DNA of 64,000 bases from Macrostomum hystrix (GCA_950097015.1 CATNEN010000001.1:3348001-3412000); one strand, 5' to 3'; shown: positions 49,347-63,226, counted from the stretch's first letter. Made by a program: numbers and translations. The notes: generated by a model from the sequence alone, not told the origin.

Positions 49347-52300
49347 CTCAGGCCAGCTTTTTAACACCGTGCGACTCCATCATTGGCGTTGCTGGCGAGA
49401 ATGTCATCGACCGAATGTCGCCCTGTCCGGCAGATTCTGGCGTTGTCGAAATTAAACGACCCGTGTATTCACAGGTGAGTCAGTTTTTCTAAATCACCTC
49501 CTACCTGTCTTTTGTTCGTCTTTGAGACACCTCCTTCCTGTCTTTTAGTTCGTCTTTGAGACACCTCTTTTCGGTCATTTAGTTCGTCTTTGAGACACCT
49601 CCTTCCTGTCTTTTAGTTCGTCTTTAAGACACCTCTTTTCGGTCATTTAGTTCGTCTTTGAGACACCTCCTTCCTGTCTTTTAGTTCGTCTTTGAGACAC
49701 CTCCTTTCGGTCTTTTAGTTCGTCTTTGAGTCACCTTTCGTTCTTTTAGTTCGTCTTTGAGACACCTCTTTTCGGTCATTTAGTTCGTCTTTGAGACACC
49801 TCCTTTCAGTCATTTTAGTTCGTCCTTGAGACATCTCCTTTCGGTCATTTTAGTTCGTCCTTGAGACACCTCCTTTCGGTCTTTTAGTTCGTCTTTGAGA
49901 CACCTCCTTCCTGTCTTTGAGACACCTTCCTGTCTTATAGCTAATCTTCGAGACACATTACTGGCTTCTACGTTAGTTGAAAGTATTCAAAGAGGATTCT
50001 CGAAAAATCATCGTACCACTTCAGGAAAACTTCGACGATGTCTATCGCGACACAGCCGCCCTACAGGAGCGTCTACTGCGCAAGAACTTTGTCATAGACA
50101 GCGTGTTCTTGCCCGACTCGGCTGGTAAAACTTCAGGAGCTGGCGAAGGTGCCGCAGGCTGTCTGGCATTCGTGGAGCGCATTGTACCGTTTGTGCGCAC
50201 AATTCGTACCTACAAACCCAGAGAGTACCTGCCGCCGGATATCATCTCCGGCCTATCAACTGGTGTCATGCGAATACCTCAGAGCATGGCCTACTCTGTA
50301 CTGGCCTACCTATCCCCGGTGCACGGCCTGTACACAGCATTCATAGCCGGCATGATCTACTGCCTGCTGGGTACTTCGCCGCATCTAGTGCTCACCTGTC
50401 AAGGTGTTGTATCGCTAATGGTGGGCCAAGCGGCAGCCAGATACGCTGAACGATCAGGGGTGTCAAATTTCACCTCGGCTAGCAACGCAACGCAAGCTGA
50501 CCCAGTGGATCAACAATTGTTGATGGATGCTGTGGCAGTGACAACTCTGCTAGTTGGTGTCTATCAGTTGGCCTTCGGCTGCCTTCGCCTCGGCATGCTC
50601 ACCAACTACCTGAGCGATCCGCTGGTCGGAGGTTTCACCACAGGCGCCGCAGTGGAAGTCGTGACTAGCCAGTTGTCTGCTCTGCTCGGCTGTCAGATCC
50701 GCGTGCCAAAATCCACTCCGCCGCCCGGAGCGCTGAACAACTTCAAAATCATTTACTTTGCTCTGGCCAGTGCGCCCAGGTACAACTGGCCCACCATTGG
50801 CCTGTCAGTTGTGTCCATGGCCTTCCTGATCCTCACCAAACTGGCCAGTTCCAGACTGGCAGCTCGCCAATGCTGCCAGGTGCCAGTGCCGGGCGAGCTA
50901 ATTCTAGTTGTTGCTACTACTCTCATCGGATCCACCGGTAGGCTAAATAGTCTAGGCGTCAGCCAGGTCGGACCGGTGCCTCGAGGCTTCGCTCCGCTTC
51001 GGCTGCCGCCAGTGACGTCCGCTGTCGATGCTCGCCTGATTCAGGACTGCGCCGTGGTGGCCGTCGTAGCCTTCACTGTAGCCCTATCCGTAGCCAAGCG
51101 GTTCGCCATGCAGCATGACTCGGAGCTCGACGCTAATCAAGAATTCGTTGCCTACGGCGCCGGCAATGTTCTGGGCTCGTTTGCCGGCTGCTTCGTGTCA
51201 ACCAGCTCAATGTCGTGCTCAGCCCTGCACGAGTCGCTGGGCGGTCGCAGTCAGGTTGCCAATCTGGTGGCCTCGGGCCTGGTTCTGCTCACAGTTCTAT
51301 TCCTTGGGCCCTGCTTCTCAACCACGCCGAATTGCATTCTATCAGCCATAATACTCGTGAACTTAAAGAGCATGCTCTGGCAATTTAGCGACCTGCCTCC
51401 ACTGTGGCGCGTCAGCAAGATCGACTTCCTGCTGTGGACTGTGACCTTCGCTTCCGTTGTTTGCTTCACAGTCGACACGGGACTGATTCTCGGCGTCGCC
51501 TTCTCGCTCCTGACCATTGTTTTCCGCTCGCAATGGCCCTACGCTTGCGTTCTAGGCCGGATACCGCACACGGACATCTACAAGAACATTGCTGTGACGC
51601 CGGACGCTAGCGAGATCGACGGTGTGAAGATCTTCCGCTACGAGGGCTCGCTCTACTTCGCCTCGGCCGATCATTTCCGAGGCAGCCTGTACCGCCTGAC
51701 TGGATGCAATCCGCGCCAGCTGGCCCTGAAGCAGCAGGACTATGACAGAAATCTGCGAAAACTCCGGCTAACTGTGGAAGAAGCCATGCCGACGCTCAAT
51801 AACCGCGGAACTGGCCAATGTCGCGAAGGCAGAGGCGGCGGCGGCGGAGCTGGATACAGCTATGGAACCATTCGGCCCTCGTCAAGTCTGCATCACGTGA
51901 TACTAGACTTCTCGTGCTGCAGCTTCATCGATTCGGTAAATGAAAACTTGTTAAATGAGTTGTAGCTTTTTTATGCAGGCATTTTTTAATTAGAGCGTCG
52001 GACTCACTCTGCCCATTGCGCTGACTCCTGAGCACACAGGCACACAGATACTGTACGCCGACACACGCTCACATAGGTGTGTATATCTGACCTGACTTTC
52101 TCATCGTCAGGCAGTGTACACTATCACTGTGCCTTGGAGGTTGGACCTCAAGGACGTAAATTGCACGACAAGCCCTCAAGCCTTCTCTCCGCGGCTGCGC
52201 CCAAAAAATGTTTTGGCCTCGCCGCGGAATCGAGCTCAGGGGCTTTGGCTCGAGAAGAAAACGCGTTAAATAGCTACCAGCATTAGCTGGGTTAATAAAT

Positions 52301-52926
52301 GGTTGGGTGGGCGTCCCCCCAGTCCATGGACTGAATAGCCGTACGCAGCCTTTGATGGCTGAAGTTTGAAATGACTAGAAAAGTATCGATACTTTATTTA
52401 CTAGCGACATCTGATATCACTGATTTCGTAGCCAGTGGACATGACCTATAGATGACTCTTTATTAAATCTCCATAGGTGGGCCTGAGGATGCTCAATCGA
52501 GTGCTCAACGATTACTCAGACGCCGGTGTGACAGTTTACCTGTCCAACACCAGAGCAGCCGTGCGATTCATGCTCAGCAGGCCGGGTTTGACTAACCGAG
52601 TCAATCCAGCCAGACTCTACCTAACCAATCACGACGCTGTGATAGCCGCCCTCACCGAGGCTCGCAAACTCGAAGAGATGCAATGGCTCGAGTTCGATTC
52701 GCGCCAAATTCGCCGACGCTACAATTCGATGGCCGGCCAGCCGGCTATGTCGGCCGCATCGGCCACAGCCAATACAGCCTGCCGGAAGCATCACGTCTCC
52801 CGATTGGCTAGCGAAATTGGCGAGAGCGAATCAAATCTGATTGGTCGAGAGGAGGAAAGCGCGGAGTCAGAGGCAGAACTGAGAAGTGTTCAGCTGGTGT
52901 TGCAGAAATCGCGAACAGCCAATTGA
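49271..52926 (+). CDS. SLC26 family anion transporter (prestin/pendrin-like) with STAS domain; exons 49271-49474, 49977-51935, 52477-52926
   Basis: DIISGLSTGVMRIPQSMAY, GLYTAF, GTSPH, GFTTGAA, DANQEFVAYG, LYFAS, DFSCCSFIDS|VG; phase-0 introns. Confidence 0.93.
49495..49935. repeat. Intronic ~33-bp minisatellite (ttagttcgtctttgagacacctcc...)
   Basis: Direct inspection. Confidence 0.85.
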
Positions 52927-54009
52927 AAAGAGATCATCTAAAAGTGGTTTCTTTTCGGTTTCGACCATAGACTTTTCTATATAAAAAACTGGACAGGTAA
53001 TTTTTACGCTACTGTTATTTCAGTAGTAGATATTCTATTTTCTACTGCTAGTAGTATTGTGTGCTACCATATTCGTATTTTAATTCCATTTACATATAGC
53101 TCTTTTTGCTCGCTTATATCGTTAAGCTCGTGTTTTGTGGCTGCATATTATTATAAAATAATAAACAAGTCAGTGAAGCCAGTTAAACAATTAGTTTCTT
53201 CTTATTTTGTTGACTCGAGAGCGATTGAAATAAAAAGAAGACAATCAAAACAGTTTATAGTTCTGGATTAAAAATAGCATATAAATTAAGCGACATTAAC
53301 TAGAATTTTTCTATTGCATCACACTGTAGGTAGATAGAACAGTTAAATGATAGATAGGATATATATCTTAGTGACTTAAATCCATAGCATAGCTTTGCCA
53401 TCTGTTTATCGTAAGAAAAAATACAAAAAGGAACGTTGTATTTGCAGACAAACAAAGTTGGGTCTTTGTGAAGTTTCGGAAAGCAACAAAATAAAAGTCC
53501 AGGAATACTTTAATTACAAAACGAAAAAATGCAGACCGTGCTTGTTACTAAATTAATCAAACAAATAGTTTTTATTAAATACGAAATCATTATGCAGAGT
53601 GGCCTACTACATTAGTAGGCTAGAGCGAATGTGCATTTCTGTGTACAATTATTCCTACTTAACTAGACAGACCAAAATAATGCACTTAAACATACTTACT
53701 CGATTATTATAATTAATAAAAACGACAATGAGTAAGTAAAATGTTATATTATGCTAATAGTTAGTAAGATCACAATGTTAAGATAAAATGTAATTTATAA
53801 CAATCTGCTGCATTACCGATGCTCGCATTACGACAAATAGGTAACAGACACAAGAAACAACACTAAAGGGAGAAAAGAACAAATTGAAATTCATTTTAAT
53901 TATAATACAGATTCAATTATCGTTAAAGTACATAGAGTAAAAAACTGTCTAGATTAGAAAACGACTGTAGATAAAATCATCAAGGGAATGGCTTCTCTGA
54001 ATAAGATTC

Positions 54010-54540
54010 TTCGTCGGACTATGGATTCCTAGAAAGCGTTGGACTACGGTTTCCTAGAAAGCGTCGGACTACGGTTTCCCCCGAAAGCGTCAGGCCACGG
54101 TTTCCTAGAAAGCGTCGGACTATGATTTCCTAGAAAGCGTCGGACTATTATTTCCCCAAAAGCGTCGGACTACAGTTTCCCCCGAAAGCGTCAGGCCACG
54201 GTTTCCTAGAAAGCGTCGGGTTATGGTTTCCTAGAAAGCGTCTGACTATGGTTTCCTAGAAAGCGTCGGACTATGGTTTCCTACAAAGCGTCGGACTACG
54301 ATTTCCCCAAAAGCGTCGGACTACAGTTTCCCCCGAAGGCGTCAGGCCACGGTTTCCTAGAAAGCGTCGGACTATGATTTCCTAGAAAGCGTCGGGCTAT
54401 GGTTTCCTAGAAAGCGTCGGGCTATGGTTTCCTAGAAAGCATCGGGCTATGGTTTCCTAGAAAGCGTCGGGCTTGGTTTCCTAGAAAGCGTCGGGCTATG
54501 GTTTCCTAGAAAGCGTCGGACTATGGTTTCTTAGAAAGCT
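54010..54540. repeat. ~25-bp minisatellite (ttcctagaaagcgtcggactatggt)
   Basis: Direct inspection. Confidence 0.88.
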
Positions 54541-54859
54541 TCAGACAGGTTACCTTAAAAGCGCCTGAAATGTTTCTAAGAAAGCGACCAAAATAGTTTG
54601 TAAGAAAGTGTAAGAATGTTTTTTAGTTCTAGACAATTGTTTCTTAAAAAGTTTCAGACGATGGTTTCTAAGAAACTACGAATGAAACTACTATTAAGTG
54701 CGAAGGATGGTAGGTTTTAACGGTTTGTTTTTTACGTTTCCCTGGGTCTATTGATAGAAAAGCGTCAAAATATTTATTTCAAATTGAATGAGCTGTGTTT
54801 TCAGTCTCAGACCGCAGTCAGCATTGCTAAGCCAGCAATCAGGCCGGCCCATAGACTAA

Positions 54860-55282
54860 TTAGGTCGAGAAAAAGCTTGCCAACTCGTCGAACGCGGCCA
54901 GCACCGGCTGTTGACGCGATCCGCCGTCGAGTAGGTCGGCGACGATTCGATGCCAGGGCAGGCTGACGCCGGTCAGGCAAGCCGCCAGGCCGATCGAACT
55001 AGCCCGACGGCGCTCCTTGAACCAATGCCAGGCCTGCCCCCAGATGCCGCCGCCCGCGTTCTGATCGTCCAATTCTTCTTCGATACCGCGAGATTCAACC
55101 TCGGCTGAGCCGGTCGTTGCGGCTGTTGAGGCGGCTGTGGCGGCGGAGGCGGCGGCGGCGGCGGCGGCGACAGTCGTGTCGACAACATTCTCGGAGTCGG
55201 AGCGAGATTTTTTCATCAGGCCCGACAAGCCCCAGGAGCGGAGAGAAGCCGCGCTGCCTACGCGACTTGGCGTTCTACCAGA

Positions 55283-55314
<32 letters not shown>

Positions 55315-57549
55315 GATGATGATAATGATTGTTTGTGCCGGAATAACGACGAGTTCTTCGAGTACCGATGCCCGAGTCTGAGTAGTTGGCGGTTGATGAA
55401 GCCGCATCGTCGGCGTTGGTCGCGAGTTCGCTCTCCGGCGTAGGGGGAGCCGCTTCGGCTCTGGAGACGGCCACCTCGGCGCGACCTTTGCCTCGTGGAC
55501 CGCGCATTCGAAGGAATTCAACGCGACGCGGAGCTCGGAACCAGGTTGAGGGCTGGTAGGCTGAGAAACTGCGATTTGAGTGATTGTGAGAGTGAGTTGG
55601 TTTATTACTGTAAAATTTATTACTGTACTGTTTATTAGCTGTAAAATACTGCTGTAAATACTGTAGGTTTTAGGAGATTGGCTGTAAATACTGAAGGATT
55701 TGGGAGGCTGGCTGTAAATACTGTAGGATTAGGGAGGCTGGCTGTAAATACTGAAGGATTTGGGAGGCTGGCTGTAAATACTGTAGGATTTGGGAGGCTG
55801 GCTGTAAATACTGTAGGATTAGGGAGGCTGGCTGTAAATACTGTAGGATTAGGGAGGCTGGCTGTAAATACTGTAGGATTAGGGAGGCTGGCTGTAAATA
55901 CTGTAGGATTAGGGAGGCTGGCTGTAAATACTGTAGGATTAGGGAGGCTGGCTGTAAATACTGAAGGATTTGGGAGGCTGGCTGTAAATACTGTAGGTTT
56001 TAGGAGATTGGCTGTAAATAATGTATGATTAGGGAGGCTGGCTGTAAATACTGTAGGATTAGGGAGGCTGGCTGTAAATACTGTAGGATTAGGGAGGCTG
56101 GCTGTAAATACTGAAGGATTTGGGAGGCTGGCTGTAAATACTGTAGGTTTTAGGAGATTGGCTGTAAATAATGTATGATTAGGGAGGCTGGCTGTAAATA
56201 CTGTAGGACTAGGGAGGCTGGCTGTAAATACTGAAGGATTAGGGAGGCTGGCTGTAAATACTGAAGGATTTGGGAGGCTGGCTGTAAATACTGTAGGTCT
56301 TAGTAGATTTTTTTCCGATAACCAGTTAGGGTTGGCTGTAATTACATCAATTATAGCATGACAGTAAAATAGTGAAACTCGGCCATGAAAGCCAAGCCCC
56401 ACAAACTCACCCAGTCGCACTCTTGGCCTGGTAAACATCCAGAATAGCTTCGTAGCGCACGCTGCCTAGAAACAGGACGCCTTGAAATTCGCCCAGCCTA
56501 TCCCTAGCAACCAGTTCAACGCAGAGCAATTCCGAGTCCCTGACAACGCAGTCAGCGAACAGGTCATCGTAGTTGTGTATGCTGAAGAATATCTCAGGAT
56601 AGGTGATCTCCTCTCTACTGGCTTTGCCGTCCATGCAGTGCCTGCTAGGACTAGCGAATACTCTGGTAGAGAATCGTTTGAGTATCTGGAGCTGCTTGGC
56701 CCCGGTGCGAGTGCAAACCGCGCAGGTGACCGTATAACTGAAGTGCTGCATTATTAGGTTCAGGTAGACACTCTCCTCCACGTCTATTAGCTGGTCGGAA
56801 AGAATCTGGACGGGAAAGTGAAGAGGGAAACATTTAGTGAATGGTGTGAACAGTTGGGTGAATGGCGTGAACAGTTGGGTGAATGGTGTGAACAGTTAGG
56901 TGAGTAGTGTAAAAAGTTTAGTGAATGGTGTGAACAGTTGGGTGAATGGTGTGAACAGTTGGGTGAATGGTGTGAACAGTTGGGTGAATGGTGTGAACAG
57001 TTAGGTGAGTAGTGTAAAAAGTTTAGTGAAAGGTGTGAACATTTGGGTGAATGGTATGAACAGTTGTGTATTGGTGTAATAAGCTCAATGAATGTAGTGA
57101 ATGGAGTGGGTGAACAGATGGGGTGCCCAATTTAAGCACTAAGACCTACCTGCTGATAATTGTGCTGCCATTTTCTGTGCACCTCAACGCTTCTATCTCC
57201 ATCGGCGCTTTCGCGATCCTTGGAATCTTTTCTGCGTCTAACATAGAACACTAGATCGTCTTTTAGGTCGCCATTTTTACCGCCGCTACTGTCGTTGACG
57301 CTGTCGTCTTCTTCTAGAAAGTGCATCACCAACAGGTTGGTCCAGAATCTGTTTCGGTCATCGCTCGCCGCGCCGGGTTTCTCTCGTTCGGCACTTATTG
57401 ACGACAGGATCAGCTGGAGAGAGCTGCTCCTTATTAATCGGCTGTCGTCTGCGGTGCAGCTAGCCGTTGAAAAATCGCCGTCAGTATCAGTCGCCGCAGT
57501 TGGCGATGTCGGCGACGGGCCGATGTTGAATCGGACTGGCGGGTCCAGC
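54860..57549 (-). CDS. KIAA0930: KIAA0930-like (DUF2045) protein; exons ~57549-57150, 56805-56411, 55568-54860; start unresolved
   Basis: FWT.L...F, DDLVFYVR, EESVYLNLIMQ...TCAVCTR, VFASPS, ITYPEIFFSI, CVELVA, LFLGSVRY, EFLRMRGPRGKGRAEVAVS, LT.VSLPW..I..DLL. Confidence 0.8.
55640..56300. repeat. Intronic 30-bp minisatellite (gctgtaaatactgtaggattagggaggctg)
   Basis: Direct inspection. Confidence 0.92.
56835..57070. repeat. Intronic 21-bp minisatellite (gtgaatggtgtgaacagttgg)
   Basis: Direct inspection. Confidence 0.85.
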
Positions 57550-57692
57550 TTTGATTATTGGTCGACTTATTTTCACGAAGCTCAAATATAGACTAAGGAT
57601 TATCGCTTAGACTGAAAAGTAACCGCTAGAATTTATAGTCTACTGAATGCATTTTTCTGCTTAATAAACCATGCGCCTGGTAAAAATTGAAA

Positions 57693-58672
57693 GTACATTA
57701 AGGGCAGGCCGGGTAGGGAGGGTGTTGGTCTGGCGAGTGTACATTGAGGGCAGGCCGGGTAGTGAGGGTGTTGGTCTGGCGAGTGTACATTGAGGGCAGG
57801 CCGGGTAGTGAGGGTGTTGGCCTGGCGAGTGTACATTGAGGGCAGGCCGGGTAGTGAGGGTGTTGGCCTGGCGAGTGTACATTGAGGGCAGGCCGGGTAT
57901 GAGGGTGTTGGCCTGGCGAGTGTACATTGAGGGCAGGCCGGGTATGAGGGTGTTGGCCTGGCGAGTGTACATTGAGGGCAGGCCGGGTATGAGGGTGTTG
58001 GCCTGGCGAGTGTACATTGAGGGCAGGCCGGGTAGTGAGGGTGTTGGCCTGGCGAGTGTACATTGAGGGCAGACCGGGTAGTGAGGGTGTTGGTCTGACG
58101 AGTGTACATTGAGGGCAGGCCGGGTAGTGAGGGTGTTGGCCTGGCGAGTGTACATTGAGGGCAGGCCGGGTATGAGGGTGTTGGCCTGGCGAGTGTACAT
58201 TGAGGGCAGGCCGGGTAGTGAGGGTGTTGGTCTGACGAGTGTACATTGAGGGCAGGCCGGGTAGTGAGGGTGTTGGCCTGGCGAGTGTACATTGAGGGCA
58301 GACCGGGTAGTGAGGGTGTTGGTCTGACGAGTGTACATTGAGGGCAGGCCGGGTATGAGGGTGTTGGCCTGTCGAGTGTACATTGAGGGCAGGCCGGGTA
58401 TGAGGGTGTTGGCCTGGCGAGTGTACATTGAGGGCAGGCCGGGTATGAGGGTGTTGGCCTGGCGAGTGTACATTGAGGGCAAGCCGGGTATGAGGGTGTT
58501 GGCCTGGCGAGTGTACATTGAGGGCAGGCCGGGTATGAGGGTGTTGGCCTGGCGAGTGTACATTGAGGGCAGGCCGGGTATGAGGGTGTTGGCCTGGCGA
58601 GTGTACATTGAGGGCAGGCCGGGTAGTGAGGGTGTTGGCCTGGCGAGTGTACATTGAGGGCATGCCGGGTAG
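57693..58672. repeat. 45/46-bp minisatellite (gagtgtacattgagggcaggccgggta(g)tgagggtgttggcctggc)
   Basis: Direct inspection. Confidence 0.92.
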
Positions 58673-59064
58673 GTAGGTTGGCCAAACGAACGTACATCAA
58701 TGACAGAACTAAGCGGCCGAACAGGTTGCGAATTTCACTTTAAAAGTGAGAGGTAAAACTAATTTAGGTGATGACAAAAAAATGGTAATGGTAGCCAATA
58801 GTACATCTACGCACAAAATTTTATATGGAACTGAGTATATTTCAAAACTAAAGCCAGATTAAAACACAACATTTTTTCTAAGAACTAATATCAAACAAAA
58901 AACTGAGCAAACGAATTCTACGAGGGTAAATGAAGTCGAGTTAAAATAAAACGACACTGGTCACATCAAATAGCGCGATTCAGTGAGGAAAAGACACGAA
59001 ATTATCTGTCCATTGAGAAGTTGCCCTATTATAGGAATTTTTATAAAAGAGACTTTAGCATTTA

Positions 59065-59820
59065 CTATCGAACCGGTCTGTGTTTAGTCTCAGCAACTCC
59101 ATCCAATTGTGAAGCCAATCTGGCAACAGTGAATAGAAAATCACTAAGCCTATTGATATAGGCATAGACGGCAGGTTCCAGGTAACCGGAAGCATTGTCA
59201 GATGCACCGGAAATAGCGCCAGAGTCTAACAATACGGCTAGAGATCGCTCCGCTCTACGACAGATCGCCCTGGCAACGTGAAGCCTGCAAGCCACTGGAC
59301 TGCCAGATGGTAGGATAAACTGTTTCAGAGGCGGCAGTAGGGCCGTGTATTCGTCAATCCAAGCCTCCAATTCAGTCGCTCGTTCATCGGGGAATCCGCT
59401 CCGTTCGATATGAAATTGTCTAGCAGCTGCTGAGCCCCTGGGTGTGGCCACACAGGACATGCACTCCTGCAGTAGGCACTGCACCCTGGTCAGTCTGTCT
59501 GCAAGCTGTTGGCGCGATTTCTCGTCGACCGCATCGTCGCCAACAATTCGCCAATCGGCAATGGCTACGCCTAGATTAGCCGATAATTCGTCTAGACAGC
59601 CTAAGGCGTCAAATATTGGATCAGTTTTAGGCCGACGCTCGCCAGTGAATAAGGCGCTGGTGCCTTTGTCACCGGTGCGAGTGTAAATCTTCATTCCACA
59701 ACTGGGCTGATGTTGAATTGGGCGAAGCTTCAATGAGGCAGACAATGTCAACGAATAAGGCAAGGGAGATTTTGCAAGGAGCCGACACGACAGCTGACTT
59801 CGAGTCAGCCGCAGCAGCAT
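59065..59820 (-). CDS. MMAB: ATP:cob(I)alamin adenosyltransferase (PduO/MMAB type), single coding exon; probable start at 59820 with a mitochondrial-type presequence
   Basis: KIYTRTGDKG, DEL, FILPSG, LHVARAICRRAER, INRLSDFLF; Arg/Leu/Ser-rich MLLRLTRSQLSCRLL N-terminus. Confidence 0.92.
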   Translation of the reverse strand: MLLRLTRSQLSCRLLAKSPLPYSLTLSASLKLRPIQHQPSCGMKIYTRTGDKGTSALFTGERRPKTDPIFDALGCLDELSANLGVAIADWRIVGDDAVDEKSRQQLADRLTRVQCLLQECMSCVATPRGSAAARQFHIERSGFPDERATELEAWIDEYTALLPPLKQFILPSGSPVACRLHVARAICRRAERSLAVLLDSGAISGASDNASGYLEPAVYAYINRLSDFLFTVARLASQLDGVAETKHRPVR

Positions 59821-59909
59821 GTGCGACGCTAGACGAGGCGACTGGAAAGTTTTTAAAGGCATTCGACATTTTGAGCGTGATTTTAAACACATCGGGACTG
59901 CCACTATAC

Positions 59910-61085
59910 CGCCTGTTGTCACCCTCTCCTTTCACTCTATTGTCACTCTCAAATACCACTCTGTTGTCACTCTCTAATACCAATCGGTTGTCACTCTCTA
60001 ATATCACTCTGTTGTCACTCTGTTGTTGTCACTCTCTAATACCAATCGGTTGTCACTCTCTCTAAGTCACTCTGTTGTCACTCTCTCTAAGTCACTCTGT
60101 TGTCACTCTCTAATACCACTCTGTTGTCACTCTGTTGTCACTCTCTAATACCACTCTGTTGTCACTCTCTCTAAGTCACTCTGTTGTCACTCTCTAATAC
60201 CACTCTGTTGTCACTCTGTTGTCACTCTCTAATACCACTCTGTTGTCACTCTCTTTAAGTCACTCTGTTGTCACTCTCTAATACCACTCTGTTGTCACTC
60301 TGTTGTCACTCTCTAATACCACTCTATTGTCACTCTCTCTAAGTCACTCTGTTGTCACTCTCTAATACCACTCTGTTGTCACTCTGTTGTCACTCTCTAA
60401 TACCACTCTGTTGTCACTCTCTTTAAGTCACTCTGTTGTCACTCTCTAATACCACTCTGTTGTCACTCTCTCTAAGTCATTCTGTTGTCACTCTCTAATA
60501 CCACTCTGTTGTCACTCTGTTGTCACTCTCTAATACCACTCTGTTGTCACTCTGTTGTCACTCTCTAATACCACTCTGTTGTCACTCTGTTGTCACTCTG
60601 TTGTCACTCTCAAATACCACTCTGTTGTCACTCTCTTTAAGTCACTCTGTTGTCACTCTCTAATACCACTCTGTTGTCACTCTCTTTAAGTCACTCTGTT
60701 GTCACTCTCTAATACCACTGTTGTCACTCTGTTGTCACTCTCTAATACCACTCTGTTGTCACTCTGTTGTCACTCTCTAATACCACTCTGTTGTCACTCT
60801 GTTGTCACTCTGTTGTCACTCTCTAATACCACTCTGTTGTCACTCTGTTGTCACTCTCTAATACCACTCTGTTGTCACTCTGTTGTCACTCTCTAATACC
60901 ACTCTGTTGCCACTCTGTTGTCACTCTGTTGTCACTCTGTTGTCACTCTCTAATACCACTCTGTTGTCACTCTCTTTAAGTCACTCTGTTGTCACTCTCT
61001 AATACCACTCTGTTGTCACTCTGTTGTTGACACTCTCTAATACCAATCGGTTGTCACTCTCTAATTTCACTCTGCTTTTACTCTC
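59910..61085. repeat. 11/24-bp compound minisatellite (ctctgttgtca / ctctctaatacca)
   Basis: Direct inspection. Confidence 0.9.
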
Positions 61086-61430
61086 TCCCGTCACTGTGTT
61101 GTGACATTAATTATATTGTTTCTTATGAATAAAAGACAAAGACACATTAAAGTTACGTAATTAACAACCACTATAAAACAATAGTGTCTATATCAGTTAT
61201 ACATATAAAAAACACGTAAAAATAATTGACGAAAAAATATGACACTAATGAATCCATTGAGCCATTGTTTAAAAAATCAGGAATCAAAAACTAAAGTCCA
61301 ATGCACAAACGAATATTAATTTCAATATTGCAAACACCAAATATAGATATTAGCAGGAGGTTTTGCTAAGTAAAACCGAAGCTAAACAAATTTGAAAAGT
61401 TAATTAAACGAATGAAAATGGAAGTTAAAC

Positions 61431-63226
61431 TTAGGCTTGCAGGAAGTTGCTGCTACCTGGCCCTGTCTCAGACAAGCCCAAGAACTTGAATCCATTTCGC
61501 CATAACAGTTTCTCTCGCACAGAGCTGGGCATCGATGATGACCTACTCTGATTGCAGATTAAATCACCTGGTCTAGCTTCGCCCAATGGGAATGGATAAT
61601 CCGATCCTAAACAGACATAATCCTCTCCCATGACATCGATTAGAAGGCTCAACGCCCGACTGTCGTGCACCAGCGAGTCCGCGTACAGGCTGCCTCCGCC
61701 TAGAAATTCCGACGGAGCCTTGGAACAATCTCGAGCGCACAGATCCGGCCTAACAGCGTATCCGTGATCCAATCTACCGATTGTGTAGGGCAGCGAGCCT
61801 GCCCCGTGAGCCAGACAGATCCTCAAACGGGGATGCCGCAATAGGAGGCCGGACATCAGTAACTCGGCTGCGGCCTGGTGGCGAATTGTTGGTTTCTACC
61901 TGTGATCTGCATGTATTCTACCTGTGATCTGCATGTATTCTACCTGTGATCTGCATGTATTCTACCTGTGATCTGCCTGTATTCTACCTGTGATCTGCCT
62001 ATTCTACCTGTGATCTGCATGTATTCTACCTGTGATCTGCCTATTCTACCTGTGATCTGCCTATTCTACCTGTAATCTGCCTGTATTCTACCTGTTAGGT
62101 TAGGTGTGGTTTCTAGTTTTTCTTAGTTTCTGATATTCAACAATAGACCAACCTGAGCAGTCTCAGCCGGCATGCCGACCAGCCATTGGGACCAGTATCG
62201 ATTCCAACGATCACCAGACGGCATATCCCACGGATGAATGAATACGCAAGCGTTCTCAGCTTCGCAGGTGGCCCAGAATGGTTCCAGTTTGGGATCGCCC
62301 AGGCCCCAGTCGTTGACGTGGCTGCCGATTTGTACGCCGGGCAATTGAAGATCGCGGCGAATTCGCTTCACCTGGGGAAACAGGTTTTAAGGCTGCGATT
62401 TTATTTGGACAATTGGATAGGTAGGTAATCTATTAAACTGGCTACCTGTTATTCTTATCTTTTAGGCTGGCTACTCGTGTTCTTATCTTTTAGGCTGGCT
62501 ACCTGTGTTCTAATCTATTAGACTGGCTACCTGTGTTCTTATCTATTAGACTGGCTACCTGTGTTCTTATCTATTAGACTGGCTACCTGTGTTCTTATCG
62601 ATTATGCTAGCCACCTGTGTTCTTATCTATTAGACTGGCTACCTGTGTTTTTATCTATTAGACGGGCTACCTGTGCTCTTATCTTTAAAATGGGTTACCT
62701 GTGTTTAGTTGATTTCTTATTTATTAGGCTAGCAGTTACCAATTTTTATTCTTTACTAGATTTGCTACCTGTTTTAAAGCTTACTAAAAAGTCTAATTTC
62801 AGGCGCAAGTCGTACCTCTTCAACAGCCAGCACTGGATCCTGCATTGGCACGGTACCCAAGCCGACAAATTTATCCGGCCTCTGTTGGACACACTCGGCC
62901 ACGTGATCGTTCAGTATTCGACTCAAATCAGCAGTATCGGATGGCCTAGCCCAGTAGCTGAACATGACCGGCACAGTAGACAGCACCTGCATTGTCACAT
63001 TGGTCTCCGACATTTCATCGATTCGACGATTTAAATTCCAACAATTTTCGTCAACAACTCGAAACAATTTCCCGTCTCGAGTCATATTGGCTTTTGAAGG
63101 ACAATCCGGACAAAGCTCTAACTGGACCCAACCGCCATAGCCGTAGCGTTCGGTTAAATTAGGCCAGGTTGGTGGCAGAATATGGGTGTGCAGATCGAGT
63201 CGGGGTGAACCAGGTGATTGCGACAT
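61431..63226 (-). CDS. ACMSD: 2-amino-3-carboxymuconate-6-semialdehyde decarboxylase; exons 63226-62816, 62371-62153, 61874-61431
   Basis: [72 protein letters not shown]; phase-0 introns. Confidence 0.95.
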
